A DNA stretch of 64,000 nt from Marsupella aquatica (Eukaryota > Plantae > Marchantiophyta): positions 27,924,307 through 27,988,306 of the forward strand of contig OZ316892.1 in NCBI GenBank assembly GCA_973895155.1, in the 5' to 3' direction. The notes under the pieces were generated by a model that was not told the origin of the DNA, made no database searches, and worked only from the letters and a program-made list of their open reading frames with translations. Positions 25,949-37,645 of this stretch are shown here, one piece after another (within the stretch, counting starts at the first letter, position 1; each line of letters begins with the position of its first letter). The translations under genes and the position numbers were made by a program.

Positions 25949-28900
25949 TTGGTCACCACGGATTCTTCTGGTGCTGTTGGATTACCCGATGGACGACGGA
26001 CCGGTTTCACTTGGAGTGGGGCACAGTTTCGGCCAACGGCATTGGTAGCAGTCAGTAGTGCAGCTTTAGACAGTGATTCTGATGAGGACTCAGTGACCAG
26101 TTCTCCTCATCATCAGGTGGTTGCACCTTTGTTGTGGGATATGGATGAGATGTATGGGGCTACAAAGGGCCCACGACGATACTCTGGTGCAGTTGGCATA
26201 ATTGATCTGGATGACTTCATCCAGGAGTTTGATACATGGTGCGATATGCAGACATTGCGTAACGTCACGTTGTTTACCCCTTTCATGGTATGGAAGGGAT
26301 TATTCCAACATTTGGAGGGGCCACCCATGGATGACTACCATGAGTTTTGGAAGGCTCATTTGGTTGAGATTGAGGCATGGAGGCAGCATTGGTCACCTAA
26401 TTACGTGTCCATCACCTATGGCACTAGTGCGGCTGCCCAACCCATTGCCACAGCTGCTGCTTCTTCTAGCAGCACTAGCCAGAGTGGCACACCATCCACC
26501 AGCAGCACTCCAGCAGCATCCACCACTACTCCTGTCGGTGTGATTGTGACAGGAACTGGAGTTGCGCCAGCATTTAATCCTGTGGTGGAATTCTTTGAGG
26601 TACTGAAGCAGAACTATCAGGGTGTGAGAACTGATAAGTTGAAGGGTCTTCAGGAGTTCCAATGCAAGACTGGAGAGAGCCTACGTGAGGCATACACACG
26701 TATGCACAGATTGATCACTGTCACCAAGGGAGTGATAGAGGCTCAGGCAGTTCAGTTTTGGTATGCAATTCTGGACAGAGAATTGCGACGCAGAGTGAGA
26801 GATGTCACTCTGCTTAGGGATGCAGATCCCACATTAGCAGTTGTTTTCACCCTTTTTGAGCACATTGAGCTCAATATGGTGAATGAGAAGGTGGTGACTT
26901 CTGGATTTGCCAAGGAAGCACCAAAGGCTGCATCTACATCCACACCACAGCCTACTGCACGGAAGAGCCAGAGGGAGAAGCCTACTGCACGAGAGTCTAC
27001 CAGCCAGAGACCTGTGCCCTCTTATGCTGGACAGTAGTCAGGATGTTGGACCTGTGGTGGGGATCATGCACAGAGATATTGTGCACGGGATCATAGAGGA
27101 TCAGGGGGAGCATCAGCGCCTGATCAGCGACAGTGTGATCACTGTGGAGCTCCTGGACACACCAAGGATAGGTGTTTCTCACTCCACCCTGAGTTACGGA
27201 GAGGAGGATCCCGTACACATGATCAGGGAAGAGGAGGAGGAGGTAGAGGTGGTGGACGTGGTCGTGGCATGCCACATGCAAGGAGATAGGGAGGTGACGT
27301 TGCCCCTGCTGTAACCATAGATCCAAAGGATGCTAAGATTGCTCAATTGGAGCAACAACTAGCTGCCATGGCTAGTTCCCAGGTGAGACCTAATTTTGGT
27401 AATGGGGCATCTACATCCTATGGACCTTCCACATCCCATGGTCCTTCCACATTTTATGGAGCTGATGGAGACCTTGCCACTATGGGATTCATGTGTGGCA
27501 CTGCACATATTGATGCATCAGCAGCTTTGACACGTGGGGCAGCCAAAGCTCTTGAGCCCCGAGGAGCAGTAGTGGAGTTAGATCCACAGAGGGGGGATGC
27601 ACATCGGCAGACAAAGCTTCCTCAGTCTTTTACATTGTCAGAGACAGTTCAGACTACCTTTATGAACCCGGTTTGGACAAACCCTGATATGGGTAAGTTG
27701 GCAGAATCAGGTAGTGATGCAGCAGGGATGACAAGTACCTTGCTGGGGGCGGCTACTGCCATAGTACGCACCCCATTATTTTCAGCGACGGACATGCTGA
27801 ACTTGGGAGTTGGTCCTACAGAAGTGTTCAGATTGGCAACTACACTCTTTGAGGACACCCCAGTGGTTGTTTCCCATGCAGAAGCAACTTGCAGTGTTGA
27901 TGCAGTGAAGACCATGCCACCTACTGCTACTAGTGAGACATGGCATGCAGCAGCAGCGAGGTTGGTGGATTTACCAGCACACCCTGCATTTGAGAGGACT
28001 AGGTTTAAACCTAGTGTTGTGTCATTGGATAATCGGAGTGGTATCTTCCGATTAGTTGGGCCTTCTGGAGCAGTATACCAGCCAAAGAGAGTGTTACTGG
28101 ATACTGGTGCTCAGCCCTTGATGTTGGGGAAGTCTGCCATACGTGGATTGGGATTGCGTCTAGAGGATTTGGAGGATTGTCCCTTTCCCATTCAGACTTC
28201 ATTGGGGGGACCTACACCTACACAGCATATCACCAGGAGACCACTTGATTTGAGGATTCAGGAAGGTCATACCACAGATAGCTCACAGATACAGGCGCGA
28301 GCTATTCTGACTAAGGCAGAGTCATATGATGTGTTGGTGGGATGTACAGTGCTCTACCCCATGGGATTTATTCTTGATTTTTGGGAGGAATCAGTGTCAT
28401 ATAGACCTGATTGGCAGTCAGGAGATGCTCGATTGAGCAAATTGCCAGTGAGATTTAGTGGACCTGTGGGAGGCCCTAAATCCACACCATTGTCTTTGGC
28501 AGCATTCAGTGGTGTAATTGCTGGACCTGATGATTTGATTGAGGGTAATGCGCATGTAGCCGATGTTCCACCATTGGAGGAGTCTCATGAGGAGCACATC
28601 ATGCGAGGATTACCTGTTGGCAGTGTTGTGCCACCAGTGTGGGGCACTGCACAGGCCTTGCCACAGGCAGCAGCACGATTGGTACATGATGCATGGCGTC
28701 ATGCTTTTACACCACAGTTAGGAGCAGAGCAGTCTCTTGCAGATGGACCTGTGACTCTTTCACCATTGGATACCACTCCTATTGCTTGGCAGTATCCACC
28801 GGAGGGTATTTGTTTGTTGGATCTTTTTGGTGGGATTAGCACTGGATTGGCTGCTGTTCTTTAGGCATGAATTCCTGTGCGTTGTTATTTGTATGTGAAG

Positions 28901-31900
28901 ACAGATGAGACAACACGGAGGGTCTTATTGTGACATGTGGCTATGTTGGTGGATAGATATCCACAGTTGCTGCCAGTGGATGCTGTTCGTGGTTATCAGC
29001 ATGCACTACCTGCTGATATTTTATTGTTGGGGGCGGATCATCTACATCGTGTTGGCCCCATTGATTTGGTGATTGCTGGTTGGCCATGTCAAGGCCAATC
29101 TAGAGTTGGCATTGGGCATGGACTTCATGATCCACGCTCTGCATTGTTTTGGGAGATGTTACGGGTGTTGCGTCATCTCCAGCTACATCAGACACAGTCT
29201 CCAGCATACATTTTGGAGAATGTGCCATTGTTAGGTGATGATCGTAGTCGGATTGTTGCCAGTGTTCACCAGGTGAGGTCTTGGATTGGACCTGCTGTGT
29301 TATTGGATGCTGCACGTGTGGGTTCTCGTGCACATCGTCCACGCTTATGGTGGACTAATTTGATTCCATGTGAGGTGCTGAAGCGCGCATTTGACAGCAT
29401 TCCATGCTCACCAGCCTTAGTGGTGGATGATATTTTGGATCCAGGGCGTCGTGCACAGGGTGTGACCCAACCTGATAGACCTCCATTGGCAATGGTCAAT
29501 GCAGTTGGGTGCCCACGTTGTGCATTACCCACTCTTGTAAGCCACTCTACTTCATATGCATTCAGAGCAGGTGGCCCTGGACTTGTATGGGACACAGCTC
29601 TCCAGCAGTTAGTGGAGCCTACTGCTTGATGAGAGAGAGCGTGCTATGGGATTTTTGACTGGCACCACTGCAGTTGCCTCTATGTCAGAGTGTTTGCGGC
29701 GCCAGGTTCTTGGTCAAGCAATGGATTTGAATTGTTTGACTTGGATTATCAGCTTGGGAGTAGCTGAACAGTTGCGGATGCGCTCTGCCGGAATTACTGA
29801 TTTCCCTTGGTGAGCTTGCGGTCCACTGAGACAGTATTGACCACAGCTGGGGGCAAGCAGACAGTCCATGGACCTATGACAGGATTGGCGGTTGCACAGA
29901 TTGTTGAGCAGGAAGGGACTGCTCAATCTACTGCTAAATAGCAATCATCGGCTATCTCTTCTACCTTACAAAGAGATATTAGGGATTTGGTGGAGAGTTG
30001 GGAACCACAGCTTGGCCCTAAGTTAACAGGGGAGGAGAGACGTCGCATGCATTGATTCCTGAAGAGTTATTGGAATTGTTTTGCATTCAGCATGAAGGAT
30101 TTGGGGACATTGAAGGGCCCTCGTATTCAGATTGAATTGGCTAGTGATGCGCCAATCTTTCGTAGACCATACCGTTATAGTGACATGGAGAGAGCTCTGA
30201 TTCAAAGCAGAACTCAAGATTTGTTGGAGGCTGGATTGGTGGAGATTTCATATGGGGAGTATGCATCTACCACAGTGATGCCAGCCAAGAAGGATGTGCA
30301 TGGCAATTACACAGATAGGCGCATGTGTGGTGATTACAGACCTATTAATCGCCAGACAAAATCTGATCGATATGCCATGCCCACACTTGAGGAGATCTTT
30401 GATGCTATGGGACATGCAAAGGTTTTCAGTTCATTGGATCTGAGGGCAGGATACCATCAGCTTCCAATTAGGCATGCTGACAGGTCCAAGACAGCATTCT
30501 GGGGGATTGATTCTTATGGCAAAGATCATTTGTATCAATGGTTATTCTTACCATTTGGGTTGAAGAATGCACCAGTTGAGTTCCAGAGAGTCATGGATCG
30601 AATCCTTGCAGGTTTGGATTTTGTCAGATGTTATATTGATGATATTTTGGTCTATTCTTCTACTGTGGAAGAACATCAGCAGCACTTGCAGACTGTGTTG
30701 GAGAGATTGAGAGCACATGGGTTGAAGCTCCATCCTAGCAAGTGTAAGTTCTTCCAAGACCAGATTGAGTATTTGGGCCACACCATATACCCAGGGGGAT
30801 TGGGTGTACAGCAGACTAAAGTGGAGGCCATTACACAGATTCCTTGTCCTACTGATGTGAGTAGAGTTCGTGCATTCTTGGGATTGGTGAGCTACTACAG
30901 GAGGTATGTTAAAGGATTTAGCTAGCTTGCTAAACCTTTGACCATACTCACTAAGTTGGATCAGGAATGGATTTGGGGTGATGACCAGGAGCATGCCTTT
31001 CAGGAGTTGAAGCAAAGGTTGGCATCATCCCTTATTTTGAGAAGACCCATTTCAGGCAGACCATTTCAGCTACACACTGATTGGAGTGGAGTAGGACTTG
31101 GAGTAGTGCTGACTCAGAAGGATGATGAGGGGAATGAGTTTGTTGTGGCTTATGCCAGTAGATCAAACAATTCAGCAGAGGCTAAGTATAGCTCTTATGA
31201 GGGAGAGTGTTTGGCAGCAGTGTGGGCTATTGCACACTTTCGTTGCTACTTGTTTGGTAACCCCTTCACCTTGATCACTGATCATCACCCTCTTAAGTGG
31301 TTAATGGAGTCTAACAAGCTTACAGGGAAGCTTGCACGATGGGCATTGTTGTTACAGGAGTATGATTTCCAGGTGGTGCATAGGCCTGGAAAAGTGAACT
31401 TGGATGCAGATGGATTAAGCCGCAATCCATGTACCAGTCAGCAGGATGAGACTGGAGCCAGATGGCATGATGAGTCAGATAAGGAGATGGTGTCAGGATG
31501 GCATGCATCTGCCTTTCTTTGTTGGGTGCCAGCATACAGTGGATCTGTGGACTCTACCTCATTGGATGGAGTGGATGATGAGTCTTCAGATGTGGATGTT
31601 GGTGAGGTAACTTTTGGACAACAAGATATTCACAATGATGTGAGAGTGTTGGAATATCTGCGCAATAGTTCTATTGTTGGCAGTGTTGATGCCAAGGAAC
31701 GTGACAGGGTTCTACAGAGAGCCAAGAGGTTTCGATGGGAGGGAAACCATCTTTTGAGAGTACTGCATGATGGTAGGATGTTGGTGGTACCAAAACCATC
31801 ACAACGAGTACATTTGGTGCGACATGCGCACGAGGAGTTGGGTCACTTTGGTGTGAAACGCACTTACAGCTTGCTGCAGACACAGTATTGGTGGCGTGGT

Positions 31901-33064
31901 ATGCACACTCATGTCCAGCAGTTGATAGCTAAGTGTGTGGTATGTGATAGAGTGAGAGCATCATTTAATGCTCCCACTCCCCAGTTGCACCCGTTACCGA
32001 TCATGGGTTTGGGATATCGTTGGAGTTTGGATTTTGCTGGTCCATTACCTCTTACCCAACGCCATAATTGGTATGTTTTGGTCATGGTGGAACACTTCTC
32101 CAAGTGGATTGAGCTAGTGGCGTTGCCAGATAAAGCCAGTGGATGAGTTGCTGCTACATTTTTGGATCGTGTACTAAGTCATTTTGGAGCACCAGAGGTG
32201 TTGACTGATCAGGGAACTGAGTTCCGTGGAGAGTTTGAGAGTTTGTGTGAACAAGCTCTGATTGATCATTGTACTACCTCTCGTGATCATCTTGAGGCAG
32301 ATGGATTAGCTGAGAGAGTTGTGCAAACTGTGAAGAGAGGATTGCGTAAGTATGGCTTGCAGGTTGGTCATCTGGGAGATTGGGATCTCCAGCTACCTTG
32401 GTTAGCTATGGGCTACCGTTTCAGTCGGCAAGCATCACTTGCATCCTTCTCACCCTACTTTTTGCTCTATGGTAGAGAGCCAGATTTGCCAGCAGCTATT
32501 CATCGTCATGCTGCACCAGTTGTGAACTTGGATGATCCTGATGTTTGGGTCAAGGTGTGTTCAGAGAGAGCACGGGTATTTCAGAGACTGATGCCCATGG
32601 CTTTTGACAACCTTGCCATTGCCCAACATCGTGATACTTTGAGGTATGCCACTATTCGTGGAGGAGGTTACCGTGCAAGCATTCAACGATTTCATCCTGG
32701 TGATTATGTTTATTTGCAGCAGACAGCACCCACGACACTTGATGTGACCGCAAGCCGGACAATCTTACGTGTGCGTGAAGTGTTGCCTTCTGGTGTCCTG
32801 ATGTTGGAGGGACGCGATGGTATGGTTTGGAAGGATCATGTGTGCAACTGTGCACCATGTCACCTTCCCAACATTGATGGTACAGTAGATCCAAGCTTGG
32901 CACATGTTCGTGCTGGCTTGAAATGTATGTTGTGTGGATCTGCTCAGGGAGCAGCTACTATGTTGATTTGTGATAAGTGTTCTAGAGGATGGCACATGTC
33001 ATGTTTGACACCACCATTGCAGGTGATTCCTAGTGGATCATGGTTGTGTCCTCAGTGTCGGTGA
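25949..33064 (+). pseudogene. Element B gag-pol: Gag with two zinc knuckles, protease, C5 DNA methyltransferase (about 28802-29760), RT, RNase H, integrase, PHD; several premature stops
   Basis: CWTCGGDHAQRYC and CDHCGAPGHTKDRC; LLDTGA; LDLFGGI, GWPCQG, ILENV, HRPRLWWTNL, RAMGF, RRQVLGQAM; YIDD; HEELGH..CVVC, WSLD, LTDQG, AERVV; PHD CMLC..CDKC..H..C..WLCPQC. Confidence 0.93.
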
Positions 33065-33228
33065 AGTCGACTAGTTATCATTTGTGTTCTCTTGGCAGAT
33101 ATGGATTGCAGGTAGGTGATCGATGGGGCTCACTTGCACCCGGCCTCCTGATCTTCACACCTAAAAAGGTGTATATCAACCTTGTAGAACTCATGGCTAG
33201 CTAGAGTTAGGGGACCTTACTCCCAGCT

Positions 33229-33235
33229 AGGGGGG
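33229..33235 (+). promoter_or_regulatory. G-tract (polypurine tract) of element B
   Basis: AGGGGGG ends 2 nt before the start of b1 (33238). Confidence 0.7.
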
Positions 33236-33237
33236 CG

Positions 33238-33844
33238 ATTGTGGGTTTTGGACATGTGTGGACATGAGTTCCACTTGTATTCCATTCTCTTGTATTTGTG
33301 ATGTGGCAGTGTGACTATGTCTGGATGTATGTGACAAGCGATGTATGTTGTGTAGCGATATGTATGCGCACGACAGCTGTCACACCATTCTGAGTAGTGT
33401 AGTAGTATATCATGCTATTAGAGTATGAACGTTTGGTATGAGTGCTATTGGAGCCGATAAGGTTCTGTCAGGTTTGTGTGAGAGGGTACTTCTCACTTGT
33501 GAGGCATTGAAAGGTCATCTTTCAATGTTGAGCCTTGGAGAGAGAGGAGCTTGAGTGTGGCTATGGTGGCTGTGAGCTCCGCTTGTGTAACGTGGATTCC
33601 TTGAGTAGTGCAAGGTGCGTTGGCTTGACATACGTGTGTGATTGGATCGGTGCGGGATCGATGGGGTATTGTTGACCGGGATCGTTGTGCCGATCTTATG
33701 GAGATTATTGTGGGTTTTGGACATGTGTGGACATGAGTTCCACTTGTATTCTATTCTCTTGTATTTGTGATGTGGCAGTGTGACTATGTCTGGATGTATG
33801 TGACAAGCGATGTATGTTGTGTAGCGATATGTATGCGCACGACA
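33238..33844 (+). repeat. Element B 3' terminal block b1-GC-a2-b2
   Basis: 33238-33375 matches 33707-33844 (138 bp, 1 difference seen); 33378-33706 matches 24313-24641 (about 6 differences). Confidence 0.95.
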
Positions 33845-35637
33845 GAATCCTTTGTGCCATACCGGAGGTGACATGCTCAAGCAGCTCAGGAGAAACAACT
33901 CCCTGTGAAATGTCAGCAGCACCTGGTGGTGGAATGGATGTAGCTGCAGCTCCCTCCCCCCTCGCCAACAAGGTGCGCTCTTCAGCAAGTGTGAGTGGCT
34001 GAAAAGATTGGGGCAAGACAGCCCGAGCTCCCCTGGCTCTAGTCATAGGACCGGCAGCAAGACCATCAGCCTGTACAATGTGGCGTGTGGGAGCAATACG
34101 AGAGGCAACACTGGCTTGCTGGTAAGCAAAATAGGAAGGGCAAAATGAATCTGAAAATTCTGCTGTAAGGCCAGGCTGTGGAGCAGAGGACAGCACACAC
34201 TCACCCATATGAGCATCAAATGGCAAGCCATAGAAACAGCGGGGTAGAGGTGTTGAACGGTCAATGGTGCCTGGGCCAGGGATGGGTTGCACGTGACCAG
34301 CCGGTTGAGAAGGACCAGCAGAGGCAGTTGACTTGCCTTTGATGTTGGCAAGTTGGGCACGTAGGGACTCAACCTCATGAGTCAGAGACTGGAGTTGAGT
34401 TGCCTGTGCATTGTGAGCCTTCTTCTGAGCTGGTGGCTTCTGTTGCTGCTTGGGCAATTTGTTGGCACTGGTTGCTTTGCCACTAGAAGGAGGAGCAACT
34501 GATGCAGTAGGAGCCCTCCTAGCTGGTGGGGGAGTGGAAACAGGAGCAGGATGAGTGGCCTGTTGTCGTAGCTGCTTCCTCTCTGGGAATTTGGCAAAAC
34601 AAACTGCCTCCAAGTGGCCCACTTTCCTGCAAAAATCACAAGACAGGTCCTCAGCAACAATATCACATTCATTAGCCTTGTGATTATGATTGCCATAGTA
34701 GTTGCAAGATGGCAGCATGAAAGCAACATGTGCTGGTTTGGTCTTGGAAGCATACTGTGGCACACGGGAAGGGGTGGCCATTGTAGGAGCAGCAGCCTGG
34801 TACCTGGATCGCGGTGGATGCGCAATAATGGCCTCATAATGTCCATGGGCCAACTCAAGTTTCTCAGCAGTGTCGTAGACATTGAGCAATGTGTAGCTGT
34901 CTCCAAACTCTGAGAATACTTGCTGCAACACTTGTGAATGGAGAGCTGGTGTGCCCTCCAATGCGCGAAGATAGCGATGAGCAGCTTCCAGGTCAGTGAT
35001 GCTCTGGGTGTCCTCCTTCAGCTTAAGAAGCCGGCGATACATCATCTTCAAGGTTTCATCGCGCTGCCTCACAAAGGTCGCCAACTGCATGATTTTGTCA
35101 GCACTCTTGATTGGGAATTCCAATTCAAGAACCTGGAAAAACTCAGCCACTAGATCAGCAAAGGCAGGGGAATCAATGGTGGGAGAAATGCCTGATGTAG
35201 CCTGTGCCAAGATAGTGGGAGTAACTGGCGCAGTGGTAGGAACTGGAGTAGGAGGAGAAGTGGCAGGAGCAGCAGCATGGGCTGCAATGGCATTATGTAA
35301 TGCCAATTGTGAGGCAGCCGCAATTGCACTGGCATAGGCAGGGTTAGGCAATTGTGTGACAGCAAGCAGCCGTTGAGAGTGCTGCTCATACACATCCAAA
35401 GCAGAAGGGGTAAATGGCAATGAAGGGATAGCAGGCTGTGGAGTAGTGGTGAAGCGACCGCCAAATTGAGCAGAAGGATTGCGTGGTGTGGGTGCTGCTG
35501 CTGTTTGCGGACGTCGTCGAAATTGCCGAGACTCCAATGAAATTGGCACCAGGCACCAATGGGCGTGGATCACTCCGTAAATGGTACCTAGGTGTCGGTG
35601 GCGATGTGCTGCTACCTCCTGGCTCGTCGGTTGACAT
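33845..35637 (-). pseudogene. Element A gag region, split from pol by the insertion of B
   Basis: Zinc knuckles CNYYGNHNHKANEC and CDFCRKVGHLEAVC. Removing B and one TSD rejoins ..MAQRIL+TTPLFS in frame (B has AIVRTPLFS). Probable ATG at 35637 with an early frameshift. Confidence 0.85.
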
Positions 35638-37205
35638 GCTGCATGCTCACCTGGGTGCCAATGGGAAAGAAACTGACAAGAAAAAGAAATGGCAGCCCCA
35701 AGGCTAGGAAGTAAACGGTGTGAGCAAAAATGTGTCGAATGTGTAAACACACAGAAAAACCGTCGGCAAAGAAAAGACCCTTAAAAACTCCAATTGTACT
35801 GGTGTTGTGCTTGCTGGATTGATTGTCTGATGAATATGCCGGGCCCTCAGCTTTATGCAGATGACATGTGGCGGTAGCAAAGAAATCCAGAAAAATGGGC
35901 CCTTAAAAACATAAACCTGGGCCCCCCTTAAGTGTATACCTCGGCCTTTTCAGATGTATAAACATGGGGCCCGGTTAAGTGTATACATCGGGCCCCGATG
36001 TGGACCCGGGAACTGGCAGCAAGGGTGTGCGTCGGCAGGAAATGAAAACTGGGCCAAGTGGGGATACGGTATCGGGGCACGGTGCCCTATGCAGGTCGTT
36101 GATGGCAAGGCGAGAAAGAAATGGAAGAAACGACTCAAAAGGGAGGCAAGGGGAAAGAAAAATGGGCCTCAATTGCTCGAGCCCTGCATAGGGCTTCGTG
36201 CCATACGCCCTCCTTATGAGCTCCCAAACTCCCCTCTTTATAAATGCTCTGTAATTTGGGCCTCGTGCCTGGCAGGACTCCCGAGAAGGGAGTCGTATGT
36301 ACTCCCCTTCCCCTTCTTTAATGCAAATAGGGCCTTGTGCCCTCTTCTAGTCTTCTGGCACACTCGCTCCCCCTCCTCTCTTGCTTTAATGCTTCCTAGG
36401 GCCTCGTGCCCTCTCCTGGCACTCGCTCCCCCTCTCCTTATAAGCTCCCAAAGGGAAGGGAGCTACGAACTCCCCCCTCCTCTCCTTGAATGCCTGAATG
36501 TACTCGCCCCCCTCTTAATGCTGCATAGGGCTTTGGGCCCTCTCCTTGCGCTCCTGCCTTGGCCTGGGGCAAAAATCTACTCCCGAGTGAGGGAGTTCGA
36601 ATGGGACTTCCCTCCCCTGCTTTAATGCTGCCGAGGATGCTGGCAATGGCAGGAAACAAATGAAGGAATGGGCGAGGGAGGAAGAAAAATGCCGAAGGGA
36701 GGGCGCGCGGCCCTATGCGCGACCCAAGGGCAATGATGAGCCCCGCTTGTGTATACACAAGCAAGACCGGGAGGCACCTCGCAACGGTAGCTACGAGGGG
36801 AGGCAAAATGAAACAACGGCCGGTGAGGGAAAAGAAAGAACGGGACCCCAAAGGGTCGTGAAAATGTAAAGCAAAGGGAAGGTGGTCGCGCTGCGACCGG
36901 AAAACACCGAAAGTTGCCCGAAAAAGGTCGTGGTAGTCAGCAGCCGGCAGCCGGCAGCCATAGTCGGAAGCAGCAAAGGGTCCTCGGATGCAACCGGAAA
37001 GAAAAAATCGGGCTCCAACAGGAGCGTTATGTGTATACTTATGTTAAGTATACACTTAACACCATATTGAACCCATAATTTCAACCCGTACCTCCATTGT
37101 TGCTCAAAGAAATTGCACCGGCTTCGACGGAAATTTTCTGGACCGACATAGCAGCTGAGAAGCACAACGTCGTTGATCTTCTTCCCTTCACTGCTAACCC
37201 GGCGG

Positions 37206-37220
37206 CAGTTCTTCTTGAAT
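37206..37220 (-). promoter_or_regulatory. Self-priming primer-binding site of element A
   Basis: CAGTTCTTCTTGAAT (37206-37220) is the exact 15-bp reverse complement of ATTCAAGAAGAACTG (37362-37376) inside a1, and it abuts the inner edge of a1. Confidence 0.75.
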
Positions 37221-37576
37221 AAAAGGCGTAAGAGAAACAATTGTACTGAAATCGAATCGAAAACCGGCAGGATGCCAAGATCGGCCGGGAGCATCTAACG
37301 AATCACTATGTGAATCCCGTGTACGGAACCGACGAGCACTGTCTGAGCTCTGTCAACAACGATTCAAGAAGAACTGAAAACCCACAAAGAAAGACATGCC
37401 CTAAGCAAGCAAAGTCCTGGCGTCACACTAACAAGCACATTTGCTTCAAGAACGGCCCAGACTTGCTACAAGAACATGTTGCTAACTCAGGTAGTACACT
37501 AGCCCTAACTACATACCTAGCGGGCAGGCGAGGGACATGCCGATGTGCATAAGAGGCACTGTCCCTCGGCATGACA
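37221..37576 (-). repeat. Element A 5' terminal repeat a1
   Basis: Matches 18388-18743; sense strand begins TGTCATG. Confidence 0.95.
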
Positions 37577-37645
37577 AGGAGAGCTTGTGCAAGGAGGTTT
37601 TGTGTGGCCATGGTGACCAAAGTTTAATAAAGCTCTTGTGTGTCC

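Larger units (their letters stand above)
24313..33844 (+). mobile_element. Element B: 9.5-kb Ty3/Gypsy-type retrotransposon with DNMT and PHD domains and split terminal repeats, nested in A
   Basis: TG..CA ends; TSD GAAT at 24309-24312 and 33845-33848; a1 24313-24641, b1 33238-33375, GC, a2 33378-33706, b2 33707-33844. Confidence 0.95.
18208..37576 (-). mobile_element. Element A: Ty3/Gypsy-type retrotransposon (about 9.8 kb without nested B) with DNMT and PHD domains and split terminal repeats
   Basis: TG..CA ends; TSD AGGA at 18204-18207 and 37577-37580; order gag(CCHC)-PR-MTase-RT-RH-IN-PHD; repeats a1 37576-37221, b1 18921-18746, GC, a2 18743-18388, b2 18383-18208. Confidence 0.93.

Noticed and set aside
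28802-29760. Bacterial restriction-modification methylase from contamination
   Set aside because: The domain is embedded in retrotransposon pol at the same position in two elements, within an intron-rich plant contig.
33238-33844. Assembly artefact or chance tandem LTR duplication
   Set aside because: The same architecture and junction occur in two distinct families, the repeat copies carry independent mutations, and both elements have matching TSDs.
18208-37576. Classifying A and B as DIRS/PAT/Ngaro elements because of the split repeats and a methyltransferase
   Set aside because: They encode protease and HHCC-DDE integrase, have TG..CA ends and TSDs, show no tyrosine recombinase, and the methylase is C5-type rather than the DAM-like domain of DIRS.
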